A stretch of DNA of 64,000 bases from Balanoglossus misakiensis (Eukaryota; Animalia; Hemichordata), in the NCBI GenBank assembly GCA_040954595.2, contig CM082592.2:7675677-7739676 (forward strand), in the 5' to 3' direction. The notes beneath the pieces are model-generated. The model had not been told where the DNA came from. It saw nothing but the letters and a program-made list of their open reading frames with translations, and made no database searches. Below, piece after piece: positions 58,300-64,000 of this stretch (its first letter is position 1; every line of letters starts with the position of its first letter). Position numbers and translations under genes: made by a program.

Positions 58300-61200
58300 A
58301 TGGAAAGAGCGCAAGATAATGTCGATGTTGTCATGTGGCGACCCGATGCAAAGAAAAGATGCAGGACACGAGAGTTCTTGGAGAAAGTGAACGGCGTCCA
58401 CGGTTTAAAACTAGGTGGGTGGGATTTTTAAATTCTGCAGTGATTGGATGATGAAACCTTGTTTACATTTACGTGTGTTGCTCGTGCCAACTCAGCACGG
58501 ACAGGATCTGACCATGTTTTGTTTACCATCCGCACCACGGATACAGTAGTAGATTTCTTCTCAACACTGATTTATGTTTTGTAAACAGGAATGATTCCCG
58601 AACAAACGTGGCACTTTTTATCGAGTGCGCTTCGCCTGTCGATCGCGAGACGTGATTTTTGACCAGAGTTACCGTTTTCTATATCGTCTCAGAAAAAAAT
58701 TTAGCTCTGAAAATGCACAAGCGTAAACTTTATGAGGAAATATTTGCATCACCTATATATATACCCACGGTGTTGCTTTTTTCAGTCAATATTTAATATC
58801 ATATGCAACCGTGCCCTTGTTGCAACACCATTTACGCTACACAGCGCTGTAAACTGCTTTCACTTCAACCAATGAGCGGCCGTCTTTTGACCGCACCCCT
58901 CTCACACCCTTTGCATAATTAGCGATGTATTCCAGTATCTAATATTTAGTATCTCTGTAATTTAAAGACTACGCGTGCAATTTTTAATACATCTGAACTA
59001 AATCATGGCGACGTGGAACGATTGTTTAACATCGTCCTATATATTACACTACCATGCAGCAAACATAACGAATTTCTTTCTAATACTATATATTGACATA
59101 TGTCATTCATGAATGCAGCAAAACAATCACTGTTGTTTGCAATCAGTGGTCACAGAGAAACATGCACATCAAATTGGTTTTCTTTGCATAGGCTTTGGAG
59201 ATTTGGCATCTTGAAAAAAAATCAACTGATTGTACATCTGATTCTTTCCACTGTCATTAAAATAAATTGATGATTGCATTTTAAATTGTGTTTATTTCAA
59301 AATTGTGACTATGCATCAAATAATAATATATCAAGCAGCTGTTGCCCAATACAATATGTCACAGTATTATGGCACAATGAGTGATAGATTGTAAATATAG
59401 AATAAAATATTGACATGATGGGAAATATCCGTTTCATGAGATTAAGAACAACAAGTACAAGGCTTGGTCAGTGACATTTGGAAGATAGCTAAATGAAAGT
59501 TGTGAATTAAATATCCACAGGGAATGACATAGAAGTGCAGATTAATATACCTGATCAGTTTTGTGTGCATATTGTACAGGAACATGTAAAGATAACTGAT
59601 TATGCATATTCATCGACTTTTCTGCTCTTATTACAGAGACTTATGCCGACCTGTGGCAGTGGTCAGTTGACTACTATCCAGATTTCTGGGAAGCTGTTTG
59701 GAAATTTATGGACATCATCCACTCGGAACCGTATGAACAGGTACGATAATGGCAGATAGTGTTAGGTTTGCATTAGAAAGACTGTCAGTCGTGAAAAAGT
59801 GGCTTTACCATCGAATATTGCCCTTTTCATACAGGTTATCGATCCAAGTAAGAATATCAGTGAGATTCCGGAATGGTTTGTCGGGAGTAAGCTGAACTAT
59901 GCGGAGAACATGTTACGTTATGATGATAGCAGAGTTGCTATTTATGCAGCAGGTAGGGTTATATTCTGTACATTGTTCAAGATGACTGAAATAGCCTCTA
60001 TCTTCTTCTCGGGAGGCCATATTGCAGGATATCAAATTGCATTGTGGGTAAAAAAGTCAACCGCTTACTGTTGTAAAGAAAATCACCCATAGAGGACTGT
60101 TAAGGTAGTCAAAAAGATAGATAATCTGGATTGATATCTTGGTAAAATGTAGACTTGTTTCATAGGTTTTTGGACATTAAACCAGACAATGTTTGCACAA
60201 GATGACATTGTGGTGCAAATGAATTCGCAAAATGGACGCAGAGGATACAGTTTAAACTAAGAGGTTATCACCCATGATAATCAGTTGTATGTGTCGATGG
60301 CCTGTTTTTCTGTGCATATCATAAGTAACATGCCTTTGATTTTTTCCACAGCTGAAGGTAAGAAAGAAATTGAGAAGCTGACATTCCATGAACTGAGGGA
60401 AACCGTGGCAACGTACGCGGCCGCTTTGAAAAAGGTTGGAGTGAAGAAAGGTGACCGGGTAGTGGGTGAGTACATGCACATTTCTCTGACCTTGACCTTG
60501 GTCAATTGTTTGATGACCTGGTTATTTGCAAAGCAGGGGCTGGTGGGCAGGACTTATAGTATGATAAATAAATGCACTGGTATCTTCTCACTGACTGTAC
60601 AAATATGGCAATGCATGTAGATGTAATTTATGTGGGTCATAGATAGACTGATGACAATAGCCAGGTACCCTGCACTGTTTGTGTCAGGTCAGGGGTCATA
60701 TTCTATTCAGATCTCAGTGTAAGCTGAGTTCTCCCCCCCCCCCCCCCCCCTTAACAAAATTATGCCTCAAATATATATTCATTACCTGAGGTGTAACTCC
60801 TGTCTGTTCTCTAGGTTACATTCCAAATTGTATTGTGGCAGTGGCAGCTACATTGGCAGCAGCAAGTCTGGGTGCAATATGGAGTTCTACGTCGCCGGAC
60901 TTTGGTGTCACAGTAAATAGACGTTATTGATCATCTCTATGTAATATTAAAGCTGTGTCTTCAGTCTGTAAAACTTGTATAATGAGTTGTTTACACCCTT
61001 ATTATATTTGGCTAGTAGAGAGCTATTATAAATAGATGGAAAGAAAGATATACATGTACACTAATACAGACATAATGTTGAAATAATGTAGTACAAGTAA
61101 CAAACTCCTTGTGCTTCTTTTTGTCTTTTTCAGGGTGTATTGGATCGGTTTTCACAGATCAACCCAAAAGTCATATTTTCAGTAGATGCTGTGGTTTATA

Positions 61201-64000
61201 ATGGAAAATCCCACAGCCATCTTTCAAAATTAAAACAAGTTGTAGACGGGCTACCAGAGTTAGAAAAGGTTATTGTGGTGCCATATGTGAATAAAAAGAA
61301 CACTATAGATCTAACAGATATATCACAAAGGTATGTTAAAAATGTCAACATGTTAAAATTTCGGTATAAACCAAGAATTAATTTAGCTTATGCTTGTTCA
61401 CATGGCAGAAATCCACCATATTGAATTTTGTAAACCACATGATTTTTATCATGAACCTAGGTAGCAAGTGACTGAAGATTTGGTGGCATGTTCTTCGTTT
61501 TTCCCTCAGTATTTTCCTTGATGACTTTCTGGAGAGTGGTCTGACAGAAGATGGCCAGGTTCCTCCGTTAGAGTTTGCCCAGCTTCCCTTTAGTCATCCA
61601 CTCTATATTATGTATTCCTCCGGCACTACCGGCCCGCCCAAATGTATGGTACATTCTGCTGGGGTAAGTACGTGTGTCCATCTCTCAGTTTTAAAAGTAC
61701 AAATTTACGCATCTGGCAGTACATATTCAAAGCTTGTACCCATTATTTTTTGTTGCCAAATGATCATGTTTACAGTATGTAGAGACAGTGTAAAGTTCTA
61801 GGTTTTGAAACCCCCAGGTACATGTATTAGCAGTGACCATAAGTATGTTTTTTATTTCTTTTAGGGTACCCTCCTGAAACATTTAGAAGAGCATGTTTTA
61901 CAGAGCGACATGACAAGGGATGATATCCTTCTGTACTACAGCACTGTAAGTGAGAGACCTACATATATCATTTTACCATGCAGACAACAAACAGTAGAGT
62001 TATTTTCAGTGGAAGACCTACCATTATGACCGATGTCCACATTTCATGATTTAATTGTTTTATTTTTCAGACTGGTTGGATGATGTGGAACTGGATGATT
62101 ACTGCAATAGCCGCAGGGTCTGCTATTGTATTGTATGATGGTTCTCCATTGGTACCCTCACCAGATGTTCTCTGGGAACTAATCGATGTGATTGGGTGAG
62201 TATGGATTTCTATGACCTATCATTGATACCTCCCCAGTGGCCAGGTGTACTCTCAGATCTTGTGCTGGGAATGCATTCAGCTTTTCGGTGTAGTCTGTAT
62301 ATCTGTTAGTGTTACAGACATTGTTGATGAATGAAGTATACCTGCTATACCAGACTACGCATTCAACATGGTTTTCACTTATCTTGACAGTGTGACAGTG
62401 TTGGGCACTGGAGCCAAATGGTTGGCTGTGTTGGAAGACAAAGGGGTACATCCAGGTAGGTGGTCTATCTTTGAGTTTGTTTATGAAATAGCGAAGTCGG
62501 TCACTCATCTATGGGTCCCATCTATGATTTTGTTTCGCTTTCTTTTTTACTTGACAGCTGAAACTCACAGTCTGAAGACTCTAAAATGTATTCTGTCTAC
62601 TGGATCACCACTGAAACCAGCAAGTTATGATTATGTCTACAAACACATCAAAGAAGATTTACTACTAGGTTCCATCACAGGTATTGCAAAATATTTTAAT
62701 TTTAGACACAGAGAAAAAAGGAGAATTACCTCTTTTGCATTTGCCTTAGGAGTAACTGACATATGCTTCTAATTGATGCTATTGGTGCAATTGTGTTTCT
62801 TTGACCAGGTGGTACTGATATCGTTGGGTGTTTTGCCGGCCAATCCTGGATGTTACCAGTGTACAGGGGAGAGTTGCAGACAAGATTACTTGGCATGGCC
62901 ATGGAAAGTGCAGATGAAGAAGGTTTGTCTGCCTGTGGTTGTCTTTGTTTATTTTTATATCGCCATGACAATTATTTGTTTCTGTATAACTTCGTCTTTT
63001 TTGGAAGTTTTCATAACTTCCATGTCGCTATCATTGTAATTAAACTCATTGCTGTTTTATATGTATTTTTTTAAAAGGTAAAATCGTATATGATGAGAGC
63101 GGAGAATTGGTGTGTACAAAACCTTTCCCATCAATGCCCACCCACTTCTGGAAAGACCAAGATGGCATCAAGTACAAGAAGGCATACTTCAACAAATATA
63201 ATGGTATGTCTGTGAGTGCATGAACTTTCACCCCTCTGTGAGTGATCTCTCACCACAGCTCCCATTTTTCCCTTACCGGCGCTCTTCTGATAACAGTATG
63301 GGAAAATCTTAGCACAGAAGACAAGCCCATTTGTACAGATGTACACTCACTCAATTATAGCAGGATTTACGCTGTCTGCACCTTTTATGAGTTTTCTGAA
63401 AACTGTTAAACTTTACTTGGTTTTCCAAAGTAAAAATGAATGAGTTAATTTCTCTTAATTGTCTATACTACACTGTTTATTTTTGCCATCTCTTCTCTTG
63501 GACCCCAGGTCTGTGGGCTCATGGTGATTTCTGCGTCGTCAACTCGAAGACTGGAGGCATCGTCATGCTTGGGAGAAGGTGGGTGGACACAAACAAAAGA
63601 TATCTGAAAACTTCTCGTAGAGGGCGTATAACATGCTCCAGTTGACTAATTCTGTATAAATAGTACTTTAATATAGAATAATTGATTCCAATACTCTGTG
63701 ATTTTTTTTGTCTCCAGTGATGGAACACTGAATCCAAACGGTGTCAGATTCGGCAGTGCTGAACTCTACAATGTTGGTAAGTTTTTCCCAGGTCTCGCAA
63801 TCAAAATTTATCTTAAGTCATTTGGATGTCAGAATGATAACAGTAGATTTGGACCAGACCACAGTAGTGAATGGGTTAGATTACAGTTTGATCTACTGAT
63901 CACCAGAGGTTCACGTTTGTGTTTTTTTTTATCATCACCAGTTGAGGGCTTTAAAGAGATACAGGACAGCCTGGCTGTTCCCCAGAGAAACAAGGATGGA
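58300..64000 (+). CDS. AACS: Acetoacetyl-CoA synthetase (3' end beyond the window)
   Basis: ATG 58300 in accATGG context; about 16 exons to the window end. Motifs [57 protein letters not shown]-loop [47 protein letters not shown] and [21 protein letters not shown]. Confidence 0.96.

Overview
This is gene-dense, intron-rich animal (metazoan) genomic DNA, roughly 40% GC with GT-AG introns. It is probably a marine invertebrate, but the taxon cannot be fixed from sequence alone. Ten spliced genes could be rebuilt by hand: SKA2 (+, 5' end outside the window, with a long Ska1-like C-terminal domain), an inebriated-type SLC6 transporter (+), an xCT/SLC7A11-like cystine/glutamate transporter with a ~200 aa N-terminal extension (+), TADA2A (-) head-to-head with OGFOD2 (+), CCDC157 (-), a TXNDC17/TRP14-like thioredoxin with a WCDDC site (-), an 8-exon FAD oxidoreductase resembling bacterial CrtU aromatic-carotenoid synthases but carrying a signal peptide (-), an SH3BGR-family protein with 8 'DDxMALLGGGD' repeats and a charged helix (-), and AACS (+, runs off the end). 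Introns and intergenic DNA hold several non-autonomous DNA elements: a Helentron-type HINE, MITEs with piggyBac-, Harbinger- and Kolobok-like ends, and two 24-28 bp P-element-like palindromes with target-site duplications. The most notable candidates are the secreted CrtU-like enzyme, the SH3BGR repeat protein, the P-like footprints, and the linkage of xCT with a variant TRP14. All family calls come from recalled motifs, not database searches, and exon boundaries were read by eye.
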